A stretch of 63,347 bases of DNA, the filler included, from Hyphochytrium catenoides (lineage: Eukaryota > Protista > Hyphochytriomycota), in assembly GCA_900088475.1 (NCBI GenBank). It is 10 parts of 10 records of this genome, joined end to end, with 100 filler letters (N's around TTAATTAATTAA, not from the genome) between each part and the next. Parts side by side here need not be neighbours in the genome. Positions count along the whole stretch, not along the records: positions 48,071 to 61,029 come from FLMG01003978.1; 9 more parts are not named here. One strand, written 5' to 3'. The position numbers were made by a program, and so were the translations under genes. Below, one piece after another: positions 48,397-59,000 of the stretch. The notes below the pieces were generated by a model, which saw only the letters and a program-made list of their open reading frames with translations, ran no database searches and was not told the DNA's origin. Position 1 is the stretch's first letter, and each line of letters begins with the position of its first letter.

Positions 48397-50185
48397 CCGT
48401 GTTCTTGTCTGCAACCACACCAGCCCATTCGACATACTTTACTTCTATTACTTCTATCTTCCTTCTTTCCTGGCAAATCACACCGTGAAGGGTCTGCCAG
48501 TCATCGGCCGAGCTGCCTGTCTCCTGGACTGCCTCTTTGTCGATAGGAGGAGCGCTGAGAGCAAAAGAGAGGTCGCCGAGAAGATCAAACAGAGAGCATC
48601 CGACTCCAGGTGAGATAGAGGAGAGAGTATGAGACCTTTTGGAGGTCTGGAAGGTCTTTTCTTCGCTCACAGAAGCGTGCGGGGAGGAAGGAAAGCTGGT
48701 AGATGGGCAGGGAGCGGCACGCTAGTGGTGGATGTAGATTGAGAAAGCTGGATGACGCCAAAGGAATTAACAAGAGAGAGTGGGAGCAGGAGCAGAAAAG
48801 GAAGACCAGCTAATGCAAACATCGGGCAGGCTTGCTCTTGGCCTTAGATTATAGATTGACCGGAACTGTCTTGCGATCCTCTTACAATCGTATCTCTTCT
48901 CTAGGGCGCCACCGCTGCTCATCTTCCCTGAGGGGACAACCACGAATGGGTCAGTGCTTATTTCTTTCAAGAAAGGAGCATTCGAACCTGGTGAGTGAGG
49001 GCCAACCTTGGAGTCTAACGGGACCTCGCTCTCTCTTTTGGTCCACAGGATGTCGAGGCTCTCTCCCTCTTAAGTTTTTATCTCTCTCAAGCGGTCTCAT
49101 TTTCAAGCTTCTTCTCTACGTATCCTGGTCCCTTTCTTGAGAATCTTGTCGGGCTCTCATCCTCGCTATTTTGCTTACCTTAGCGGTCTCTTCTCTTCGT
49201 CCGTCCTCTAGGAGTGCCAGTGACCCCAGTCATTCTACGCTACCCTTTCAAGCACTTCAACATGGCGCACACATCCTCTCATGACACGCAGCAGCCATTG
49301 AACATGCTGCGGGCGATGACTCAGTTCAGCAATTCCATCGAATGTACTATCCTACCTGACTACGTTCCCTCTCTAACTCCTGGTGAGAGAGGGATTGCTG
49401 CGGAAAGCACAGATGCGCCTCTGTTCGCGAACAATGTGAGAGCTGTGATGGCTCAGGCAATGGACGTTCCTACGACGGAGCATTCTTATGAAGACCTATT
49501 CTTGGCTCGGACAGCCACTGAGAAGAGAATCTTGCAAGTGTTCACATACAAAGCATTGCGTAGCTCCTTCCCGTCTCTTCAAAGCCTTGAGATGATAAAG
49601 AGAGCAATGATCGCCTTCTCTTTCCTAGATCGGGACATGGACGGACTGCTTCAGCCTCAGTGTTTGTGGCCGCAAGGCAAAGAGCAGTACTGGCACTCTC
49701 TCATCTACGCCTTGGTAGGAAGCCTCGTTATTCCCGGGAAGAGCGAAGATGCTGTAGGAGGGCTCGACTTCTTGGCCTTTCTGCATCTGCTCTGGCTTAC
49801 CCATCATGATGTCCCAGAAGCAAAGAAGATGGCTTACCTTAACGCTTGGATCTATGACCATTCAACAAAAGAGAGAGGGGCGCCGCTTATGCTTGACCTT
49901 TGCTCTGACTTTATCATCCCCGTTGCTGACGGTTCAACAGCAGCAGAGGAGCCAAACCGCGAGGTCAACAGCCCCCAGACACACTTTGTTGAGGACAATA
50001 CGATGCGAGGCGTGGAGAAGGGACTCCGGTTTGATAAGAATAGCTGCAACGAAGCTTTGCAGAGCTTGGGAGAGGGCCTTCAGGATGCCTGGGAGACTCA
50101 TATGACGAACGAAAGGAAGCAATGGGAGAAAGAGAAGCTCCCTTCCTCAGTGCACGCGATCTTATCCATAGACATAGACCCATAA
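48397..50185 (+). CDS. LPCAT: Lysophospholipid acyltransferase, LPCAT1/2-like (PlsC family), with EF-hand-like C-terminus; exons 48397-48609, 48905-48990, 49212-50185; 5' truncated
   Basis: Acyltransferase blocks VCNHTSPFD, LFVDR, LLIFPEGTTTNG, FKKGAFEPGVPVTPVILRYP. EF-hand-like AFSFLDRDMDGLL. GT-AG introns keep the frame. Confidence 0.9.
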
Positions 50186-51809
50186 TAGAGTCATTATATA
50201 CTAATAGAGAAGCAAGTGCAAATGTCTCCTGGACGGGCGCCAAGCGTAAACGATGCTCGTTCTCGTCGGACAAAGGACGTTTGGCCTCTGTAGATGAAAT
50301 TTGAGGTCCACCTTCAAGATCCCTTGCTAGTTGCGGATGTGGTCTCTCGTTAGTCACTGAGCTCGAGCGGGATCTCACAACCAAGTAGATGTCCATCCAT
50401 GAAGGTTAACAAGAGAAGGTTGCTATAGGTGAGGGGGAAAACTGATGAGAGAGAGAGAGACGCTAATGAGAGAGAGAGAGAGAGAGAGGAGAATGAGCGA
50501 GAGAGAAAGAGACAGTCTGGTGAGCGACCCATCCACTTGGGCGGTTAAGCTCGCCAGAGAAGAGCAATGTCAAAAGAGTGACAATTTATGATCTTACTTC
50601 TTACTTGGGTCGCCGTAGCTATTGACCTGAGCTTCTTCTCTTTCCCCTTCGTCATGACAGGAAGCTCCTTCATCTTACATCTCACTAACACAATGGAACC
50701 TACACACGCCTGGCCGCACTGCCGCCGCAATGATGGTGACATGATAAAAAGGAAAGACGTCTTTTACTCCGTCTCCACACGTCTAAGGCTCAAGGGCAGA
50801 AGGAGCCGTTATATCTCATGCAGCTTCATTCATCTTTCCGCTGTTGAAACGTCGTTCATTAGAAGAAGAAAGATCAGACTGCAGGCAGCCATTGTCCAGC
50901 TGCTCAGCTGCTGGGAGTCATTGAAAGAAAGACAAGGAACTAACGGACGGCCCTTGGCTTTCATCAATCATCATCATCACCAGCAGACCACCAGCCAGCA
51001 GCAACATTCCTAGGAGCTCTTTCTACTCGCTCCATTCCTCGTCTTTGCTTCTTGCAGAACAGAATAGAAGAGGCGGTACTACTGCTCGGCTCTGCGTCCC
51101 AACGCGACTCTTTGACGACGGAGAACTACCGTTTCGTGGTCGATCGTTGTGTTTGTTATCCTAAGAATCTGTGTGGCTCTTTCCTTGCGAGGTTGTTCTA
51201 CTCTTCAACAAGGAAGAATATACACTCCGTTCTGCCATTATAAAGCGCTATGCTGACCTCGGAGACAGGGCAGAGAAGGAGTAGGACGAAGAAATGGAGA
51301 GGAATTACCGAGAGGGGAAGGCTTGCTTGCTGGGTGATCTCAGTAAATATCCCTAGCAGGATTAGGATAAGAAGCGGCTGATAGCGGCCTGGCTCTTTGG
51401 CAGGTGGCCAGGACGGAAGAAGAAGAAGCCTAGAAGCTTCCTTACCGTTCCGAAAGCGTTCTTCTACTCTCAGAGGACACCGTTCACAGGAAATCTGAGC
51501 TGCTGTCCACTTAGTCTTGGCAGACTAATCGACTGGCTTTCTCTTTCTACTACTCTCCCTTGTCCACGAATGGCTCATGGATGGTGATGCAAACGAAGTC
51601 TTGGTTGTTGAGTAGGGAATGGCTCTGTGTGTACGCACTAGAGGAGAGCAGAGTTCCTTCTTCAGCTCATTCGTTGTCTCTCCTCGTTCGTCTCCTCTCA
51701 GTTGGTTAGTGTCGCCCAGCACGCCTCCGTCTCTTTTCTCCTTCTTTGCGTCTTAGACGTCGCAACGAGCAGTGGCCATTATTGTTCTGTTCTCTCTCTC
51801 TCTCTCTTT

Positions 51810-52037
51810 CTCAACGAGTGCCAAACTATGATGCTCCAGCAGTCTGCGGATGATGATGGAAGAGTTCGGTTTAAAAGACCTGGCGTCTTCCCGGAGGAAA
51901 GGAGTGCTGTTCTTGTCCTCTTTATCTCTCTCTCTCTTCCTCAACGAGTGCCGACTACGATGCTAAAGTCTTGTCGATGAGGAAGAGTTCGGTTTGAACT
52001 TCCCATCGTCGTCCCCGGAGGAAAAGTAGTGCTGTCC
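51810..52037 (+). repeat. ~130-nt diverged tandem duplication
   Basis: CTCAACGAGTGCC...GGAAGAGTTCGGTTT...CCCGGAGGAAA..AGTGCTGT occurs at 51810 and 51940. Confidence 0.8.
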
Positions 52038-52476
52038 AGGCAATCTTTTCGCTCCCAACCAAGTACTTTCTACCGTCTTCCTACTATGATGTCAAAGGCT
52101 CCTAGAGTATGGCGTTTGCTCTCTCTCTCCCTGCTGCTTCTGCCTCTTCTCCTCTCTATCGGCTCTACGTTTCCTCCTCTATCTTTTCTCCTCTTGGAGA
52201 AGAAGTCTGTCTTCCTTCCTCCCTCTAGGTCCTTAGGCAGTGGGATGCTTGTCCTGTTCGCGATCATGATGATAGATTCAGTCTTCGCGGCCTTGCCACG
52301 TCTCGCCCATGCTCATCTCATTCTAACTTTCTCCACCAACCAGCAAGGAGGGAGAGCCATCAAGACCCGTTCCTCCCACTCTTTCTCCATCGCTTCTGTC
52401 GCGAGCCCCGGCAACCAAGAACGAGGTCCCAATCGTACCATCGACCAGCAAATTGTCCGTGACAGCGTCAACAACC

Positions 52477-54441
52477 ATGGGCCTCATAGGAACCGGACCG
52501 ATACTCGCCGTGCAGATCTCTCTTCTTCTTCTCTCCGGTCGCTCTTGCGCCCTTTCCGCTGTCCTCGGTAAAGATACCTCCTTCACAATCCCTGTCAGTC
52601 GTCTCTTTGGTGACGGATATACGGGAAAGCTCATTCCCATTGGTCCCAATGGGGCGAACCGAGGGCCCGATGGCGCTGTGGGCCTGCGATGGACTAGTGC
52701 TCCACCTTCTGGGCTGAAAGGAGCGGACGGTCTGACGGAGGTATGGCTGAACTTTGACAAATTAACTCCTTGGGGAAGGAGCTTCACTGATCGCACTACC
52801 GTCAACATAACTGGGATCATTGAGGGACATGCCTTTGCCAGTAAAGCCAAGGAACAGCTTGCTGCTGGTGTCCAATTGCCAATGAACCTCGCGAATCAGA
52901 TAGATGTTAGCGCCTTGCAGACAAGAGCTGCCTGCCGCAGCTACAAAGGGGTGGACCCGGAGAAAGACCTAGTGGAGGTCTTTATCCCAAAGGACACCGT
53001 CAGGAGTTTCGAGTTCTTGGACGGCCAGCGAACGCCTACGCTTCTCATCGACACGGATCCCATTGAGATCAGAGGACGCCAGGTTGCCCTGGCTCAATTC
53101 GTTGGCCCTGCGCCCGATAGCGTGCCTGGTACGAAGGCTTACAAGGTAAATGTCTATGACATGAAGGCAAGACGCTTCTCAGAAATGGAGCGGGTTATCC
53201 ACCTTCAAAAGTCCGCTACGTATGATCAGGATGTGATCAAGAGAGCGAGCTTCGAGCAGATGGAGAGGAACACCGCCCTCAATGAGATTGGCTGGTACCT
53301 CTTTGGCGAGCATATTGACGGCAACTTCATCGTCCAGTCCATGGAGCCACGAGACCTCACAAAGGTCAAGAACCCTCCGCCTGTGGTTGTGGGTAAGGAT
53401 GAAGACAGAGAGACGAAGTATGCGTTCCTCCACGAGAAGAACTTTCAGAATGAAAAGGAGCGGAAGGGACAGGTTAGCGCGGCTCAGATACAGAGCACGG
53501 ATGACGAGAGCAACGTCTGGAGAGAAGGAGACAGAGGGCTCTTAGTTCATATCTACGGAGCAATGGGGACCACTGAGGAGTATAAGAAGTACGCAGATCC
53601 TCTTGTCCAGCTTCCTTTCGCAGGAGAGCAGTTCCAGTTCAGCACTGGACACTTCTCCTACGGCTATGTAGACGTGAGGCGGTGTCCCTTCACTCAGGAG
53701 CTGCGCTTCGACATCACGTACAATCAGGTCTACACGCACAACCGTGAAGGCGTGGTCGCTGGAAGGCAGAAGTTCTGCGTCTACTCCGGAAGCTTTGAAC
53801 GTGGCCTAATGTATACCTACTCCATCTCCGATGCCATTGTAAAGAACAGCGCGCTAGCGGGCAAAGTTGTCCGCATGGAGGAAGTCACTAACAAGCCCCT
53901 GACTTTCCTGGATCTTGTGAACCGCGAGATAGATGTCATGGCCGCACGGTATCGCAGTGGAGACGGTCTGGGCACTTCCTGGGTCGGTGCTACGAACAAT
54001 TGTGCTCAGGATTCCAATCTCGCGATGTGGGCCGCTTACCAGATCAACAAAAAGTGGATTGAAGGCAAGATCCCAGATCTGGAGAAGCTTGGCGAGCATA
54101 TGAGTGATCAGGTCGTGCCCGACGCTATGAAGAGAGACGACTGGGTCGCAGTGCTGAATAAGAAGTTGATAACGCGAAGTCAAGATGGAGACATTGTCCC
54201 GAACACTGTCAACTCAAAGACTCTGTCAACCTGGAGAGTAATGGCTCCTCGTTGGGCCTACGATGGCATCCTTCGCGGGCTGATAACCTTTGACTTCTCG
54301 ATAACTTTCCTTCGAGCCAGCCAGGTTGGAGGATGGCAGGAGATAACTATCCCCATCGCTCCAGGGTGGCAGTCTGATGCCTGGAATAAGTCTGACATCG
54401 AAACGATGAGAGAGATAAAGGACTTCTTCCGTCTCCCTTGA
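52477..54441 (+). CDS. Intronless secreted protein (654 aa) resembling the soluble domain of cyanobacterial 'Abi/CAAX protease'-annotated proteins
   Basis: ACAACCATGG start and signal-peptide-like MGLIGTGPILAVQISLLLLSGRSCA. Motifs GWYLFG..DGNFIVQS..PR, WREGDRGLLVHIYG, TGHFSYG..CPFTQELRFDITYNQVYTHN, VMAARYRSGDG.G..V..TNNCAQDSN.A, STWRVMAPR and LRASQVGG..IPIAP are recalled from that cyanobacterial family. Confidence 0.8.
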   Translation: MGLIGTGPILAVQISLLLLSGRSCALSAVLGKDTSFTIPVSRLFGDGYTGKLIPIGPNGANRGPDGAVGLRWTSAPPSGLKGADGLTEVWLNFDKLTPWGRSFTDRTTVNITGIIEGHAFASKAKEQLAAGVQLPMNLANQIDVSALQTRAACRSYKGVDPEKDLVEVFIPKDTVRSFEFLDGQRTPTLLIDTDPIEIRGRQVALAQFVGPAPDSVPGTKAYKVNVYDMKARRFSEMERVIHLQKSATYDQDVIKRASFEQMERNTALNEIGWYLFGEHIDGNFIVQSMEPRDLTKVKNPPPVVVGKDEDRETKYAFLHEKNFQNEKERKGQVSAAQIQSTDDESNVWREGDRGLLVHIYGAMGTTEEYKKYADPLVQLPFAGEQFQFSTGHFSYGYVDVRRCPFTQELRFDITYNQVYTHNREGVVAGRQKFCVYSGSFERGLMYTYSISDAIVKNSALAGKVVRMEEVTNKPLTFLDLVNREIDVMAARYRSGDGLGTSWVGATNNCAQDSNLAMWAAYQINKKWIEGKIPDLEKLGEHMSDQVVPDAMKRDDWVAVLNKKLITRSQDGDIVPNTVNSKTLSTWRVMAPRWAYDGILRGLITFDFSITFLRASQVGGWQEITIPIAPGWQSDAWNKSDIETMREIKDFFRLP

Positions 54442-57305
54442 GCAGACTGAGAACCGACGATGCGCGCGGAGAAGCGCCAAGAGCCTTAGTCCTCCTGCCC
54501 GTACACTTTCTTGCTGAATAGCACGTGGCATGCAAGCACCAGCAGTGTCAACAAGCAGATCAGTGAAGAAGAAGGGCTATCATCATCGTGGTGGCCGCGC
54601 TTCGGATCTAGATCTGCCGCTCTCGATGTTGAATAGTAGTGAACAGTAGAAACAAGCAGTCTCTATATTCGTCTAACAATCTTCTCAATAATGGATAATC
54701 AGTCCACTTGGACTGCTAACTAACCCAAGGAGTGCAAGAGCTTTCTTCTTCCAGCCAGAAGGCGGCTACTCGAAGAAGAAGCGAGAGAATATTGTCAAGG
54801 GCCAAGTGTGGCTCGGCTGGCCTCTTCTTCCTCCCGCCATACTTTTCCTACCAAGCCTCGCCTTCTTTCGGCGCCTGCTAAATCTTTATCTATCTGCTAT
54901 GTTACGTGCAGCAGGGCTACACCTGCTGGGATGCTACTCCTACCCGTTATCTGCTGGTTATTGAGTCTCTTCCGACGTGGTCGTCCACCAGAAGAAGAAG
55001 CCCACCGTCCGAGACAAGCAGCAGATCGTGACTAAATGAATCCTTAATTACTTTGTGCTGCTCTGTCTCCTCCGCCGCCACTGATGAGCAGCTTTAGCTC
55101 TGTCAGCAAGAGAAGCTTTATATCTTATCATCATTAACTTTATTTATGTCCCATTCCTTGTTGATGCTGGCTGCACCACCTGCTGCAGTCGATAGCTCCA
55201 AATGAAGAAAGTTGGCATCTATTGGGCTTTCTCTAGTCTGTTGCCATTGCTGGTGCGCAACAACTGGCAGCAGCAGGATCTGCTGCGCGGCAAACGATCA
55301 TACTAAGCAATTAAGCTGCTCTGTAGTGGGAGCTTGCCTCCCTAGTTCCTGTGCAGCTGGCTCAACTTACCACGGCCCACCACCACTGCGCCATAGCCCA
55401 CCTGTCCGTCCGATGATCCGTCTGATGTCTCCGCGTGGACTTTACTCGATAATAATAGGTAGAACCGTTCTCAGAGGACGTGGCGTTACTTCTCACTCTC
55501 TTGAAGGCTTGACAGCGGACAGCCGCTGCCTTCCGTTATGATCCTCTGCTCTTTATTAGACGCAACGTAAGGAAGCAAGAAGGGGCGAATGAGCAGGGAG
55601 ATTATAGGAAGAAGAAGAAGCCCTGCTGGATGACTGTTTAAACGCCACCATCCATCGTTCCTCCTCAAGAAGAGGGCATCTTCTTCGTCCAAGAAAGTCT
55701 CTAACAGCCGACAAGCTAATCGTTACTAGGCGGTGATATCCAGCAGCGACAGTTTCTCCGTGGGTCTCTTAGTGGTCTGCCCTTTTGCCGCTTTCTCCCG
55801 CTGATGATGATGGGGCACCTTCATTGGCACCATCCTTGCCCTTGTACACGTCAGCCGACCTCTATCTCACACTCGAGCAGCCTCTCATTCATACTCCGTC
55901 AAGGCTTGTACCACAGCTCCACATTGAGAGCAGCAAAATCGGCACGCTTCCGCACGGCAAGGAACAAGCAGAGATCCACATTTCTCATTCTCCTCCTCCT
56001 TCTTCCAACCACTGCCTACCACGACGAACAAAGACCGCACAGGGGAACAGAAATCAAGGCGATGTCGTCGCTTCGTTGGAGACAGAGTCTCACTGTGGCT
56101 CACAGAGGCACGTGGAAGGATCCACGTTTTCACATTTGCTTTTTATGGATAGCAGCGGTTATCTACGCTGATCGTTCCCTGCTGCGCTGCTAAGCGGTAC
56201 GGAGGAGAAGCCTGAACGGCACCACGTACAGAGCTCGGTTAAGGAAAGCGGGACCTTTTTCTCTTACTGTCCTCGCGCACTGCGTCTATTGCCAAGCCCC
56301 ATTGGGTCATCTCTGGCACGGTTCTCTCTGTCTTGTCCATTGTTCCCTTGTATGGCTGAACAGCGGTTTCCTCGTCCTCAGCCGGGCTGTTAAGGGATGG
56401 ATGTGGACAGGAGGAGAGAGAAGGTGGGAGAGAAAGGAGAAAGGGTGGAATGCAAGCTTGTAGCTTCTAGAAAGGCTACTGATAGGCGCTGCAACCACAT
56501 GCTGAAGAGTTACAGGGCCATGACAGGAGGGCCGCTCAGCGCTGCTTCTACTACGTAAGCGCATCTAGGCGAGGTATGACTCTGTCAGAGGCCAGCGATA
56601 GAGACAAAGAAGAGCCTGTTCGGACCAAGAACATGGAGGGGCGAGAAGGAAAGTGATGGGCAAGGAAGTGGCAGGTAAAATCCACTGCTGTGGGGGGCAG
56701 CAGAGATGAGATTTCCAGCTCACAGCCCATCGATGCTGAGCAGAAGAGGGAGGGAAAACAATGGAGAGCAGCATGTCGAGGACGCTTTTAGCCTTGTGGG
56801 GCCTTTCTGCCCTGTTTCCCTCCGTCCTCCTTGACCCAATCTCTGCCTCTTCCTCGGTGGCATCTTCGCTCCACATCGTACCTTCCTCATCCCTTCAAAC
56901 CTGCTGGCAGCTTGTTCTTCTTGTCGTTGACGTTGAAGTTGGGACTGAGCAGCCACAAGGAGGGAGAGAGAGAGAGACAAGAAGGGACGGTGGCCGCCAT
57001 TCTGGATGTTCTCTTTCTCCTTTCTTTTTCTTCTTTCTTCTCTGCTTCTTTCCGCCCGTGCCGCCATGGCACAGCTGCCCTGTCGACTTTCCGCTAGGTC
57101 CATCGCTCGTCAGGGAGAGCCCGATGTTGCTCTCAAAGTGCAACCTTATGGCCAGAGGAAAGTGGACGCCATCATAGACTACACTGGAGATGAGAAGGGA
57201 GAGACACGTGCAAGGTGGAACCAAGAAATAGTTCTAGGCCGTATCTTTCTCCTCTCTTTTTCCTTCCTCTCTCTCCCTCTCTTTCTCTCTCTTTTTCTCT
57301 CTCTG

Positions 57306-57344
<39 letters not shown>

Positions 57345-57359
57345 ATGTTCAAGGTGAGA

Positions 57360-59000
57360 AGTGTACCGGCGATAACCTTTATATAATTTTATTGGTTCTA
57401 TGTGAAAAAACGAGGGAAACGATCCTGTTGCCTATTTATTTGCCCGAGGAAGAGGGAGGTGAGGAGGGTGGTATAGGCGGTGTTCTACGTAAGTTTTATT
57501 GGGGATTTTATGTAGTTTATGGGGGTGCCAAACAATTTGTGTCTTATTATTTTGCAAATGCTTTTTATTTCTCAATACTGTAATAAATACGGTCTTCTCT
57601 GTCACCCTTCCTGCTTCAAGGGTTAAACCGAAGAAAAAAAAATAGAAGAGCCAAATACACATTTGGACAATCCCCAAAATAGCGACCACACAAATATCAA
57701 ACACTTTTATCTGAATGCAGAAATTACCTCATAAAAGCATAAAAGGATGAGAGATTATTGGACAGGGTGTCCTACAGGTAGCAGCCGTCTTTCTTAAATT
57801 TTGTAGACCCACAAGAGAAAACAAAAACAGGATGAGGTTTTAACCATGAAGAGAGTTAGTTCTACAACCAGACACATTTGAAAGCTGCCGAACGGTAGTC
57901 TATAGACATTTTTTTTGTGAAAAGAGGTGTAAGGATTTTTCCTTTCTGACCTCCTTTGTATTTTATTAATTGATTTTTCATAAAACTAGAGCGAAGTGGT
58001 GGTCAACGCTTGTGCTTTCCAAAAAAGCTTTATGCAGACGTCCCACAAAAAAATTAAAGAAGGAGACCTCAAAAGTTCACGGGGGCCAGGAAAGTTATTC
58101 CTAGAGAGGGTTAGCTCAGCTGTTAGCTCTATTATTTAGAGAAAAAGCAGGAAAATTTTTGCCAAAGAAAGGAAGGAGACTGATATAGAGGAACAGAAAG
58201 TAGAATGGTAGAATGAACAAAGTGCTGCAAAGAGAGAGGAGGTAAGGCCCTAGGAGTATCCAGCCACAGACCCCAGGTTCTCAAACAATGCTGAGGGCTT
58301 TGTCACTACGAAGGAATAAAGGGCCCAGTACCGTCTGAGGCAGCGCCTCAGAGCGAGACAGGGCTGCCCGTCATGATGTCACACGTACGTAGGGCAAGGT
58401 GACAGTGATGGACGGCTCTGCCCAAAGACTTCCCCGCGGTCCCTTACTGAAGGATATTTCCAAGCGTTGGGAAGATGGCAAAGGGAAAGAGCAGAAAGAC
58501 AGAGGGCTGGACTAAGTTTAGCAGGCATTATGGCCAACAGTGTTACTATGTCAGGCAGCGCCAAGAGATGGGTAACACTACCCAGGACAGTGCTGGCCTG
58601 TTAACAAACGTAGCCCACTCATTCACGTGAGTACGTACCTATACGGAGTGATATATGACACAGGTCAATGAGGGAGGCAGATAGACGACTGTCGCAGGAT
58701 GTAAACAGAGAACGGGAAGACAGGATGAGCTCGAGAGAAAGAGGGCCTTGTAGAGTGCTTTTTGAATAGAGAGGTGTGTGACGTACACGTGGTTGACAGA
58801 ACGAGGTTGCATGGACAGGTAGAGAAGCCTCTCACCTCTTTCACCTGACCAGATCAGCCGTCTTCTCACTGCAGCGTTTGTGTACGAGGATGGAACAAAA
58901 ATATCAGGAGGCAGAAGAGGATAAGACATGTCCGGGAAGGTAGAGCTAAATGAACGTTTTGGCCCCAATAGATGTTATCTGTTTGGCCGCAAGGGCCCAT
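57360..59000 (-). mobile_element. Decayed gypsy-like pol relics (RT/RNase H ~57400-58100; integrase-like ~58250-59000)
   Basis: AT-rich block with remnants RLPFG, VVAILGIVQ (cf. VRSFLG), KAF..PNKTYV, FHG..KQITS..FSSTF and GPF. It has many indels. Confidence 0.35.

Noticed and set aside
52029-52571. Overlapping 180-aa ORF as the real N-terminus of the 52-kb gene
   Set aside because: It is in a different frame and low complexity. The ATG at 52477 has good context and directly yields a signal peptide.
55081-55120. CTGATGAG as a hammerhead ribozyme core
   Set aside because: No correctly placed GAAA and no supporting stems were found.
56281-56335. CVYCQAPLGH zinc-knuckle-like peptide
   Set aside because: Spacing is imperfect and there is no supporting ORF. 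At most it is a decayed gag remnant.
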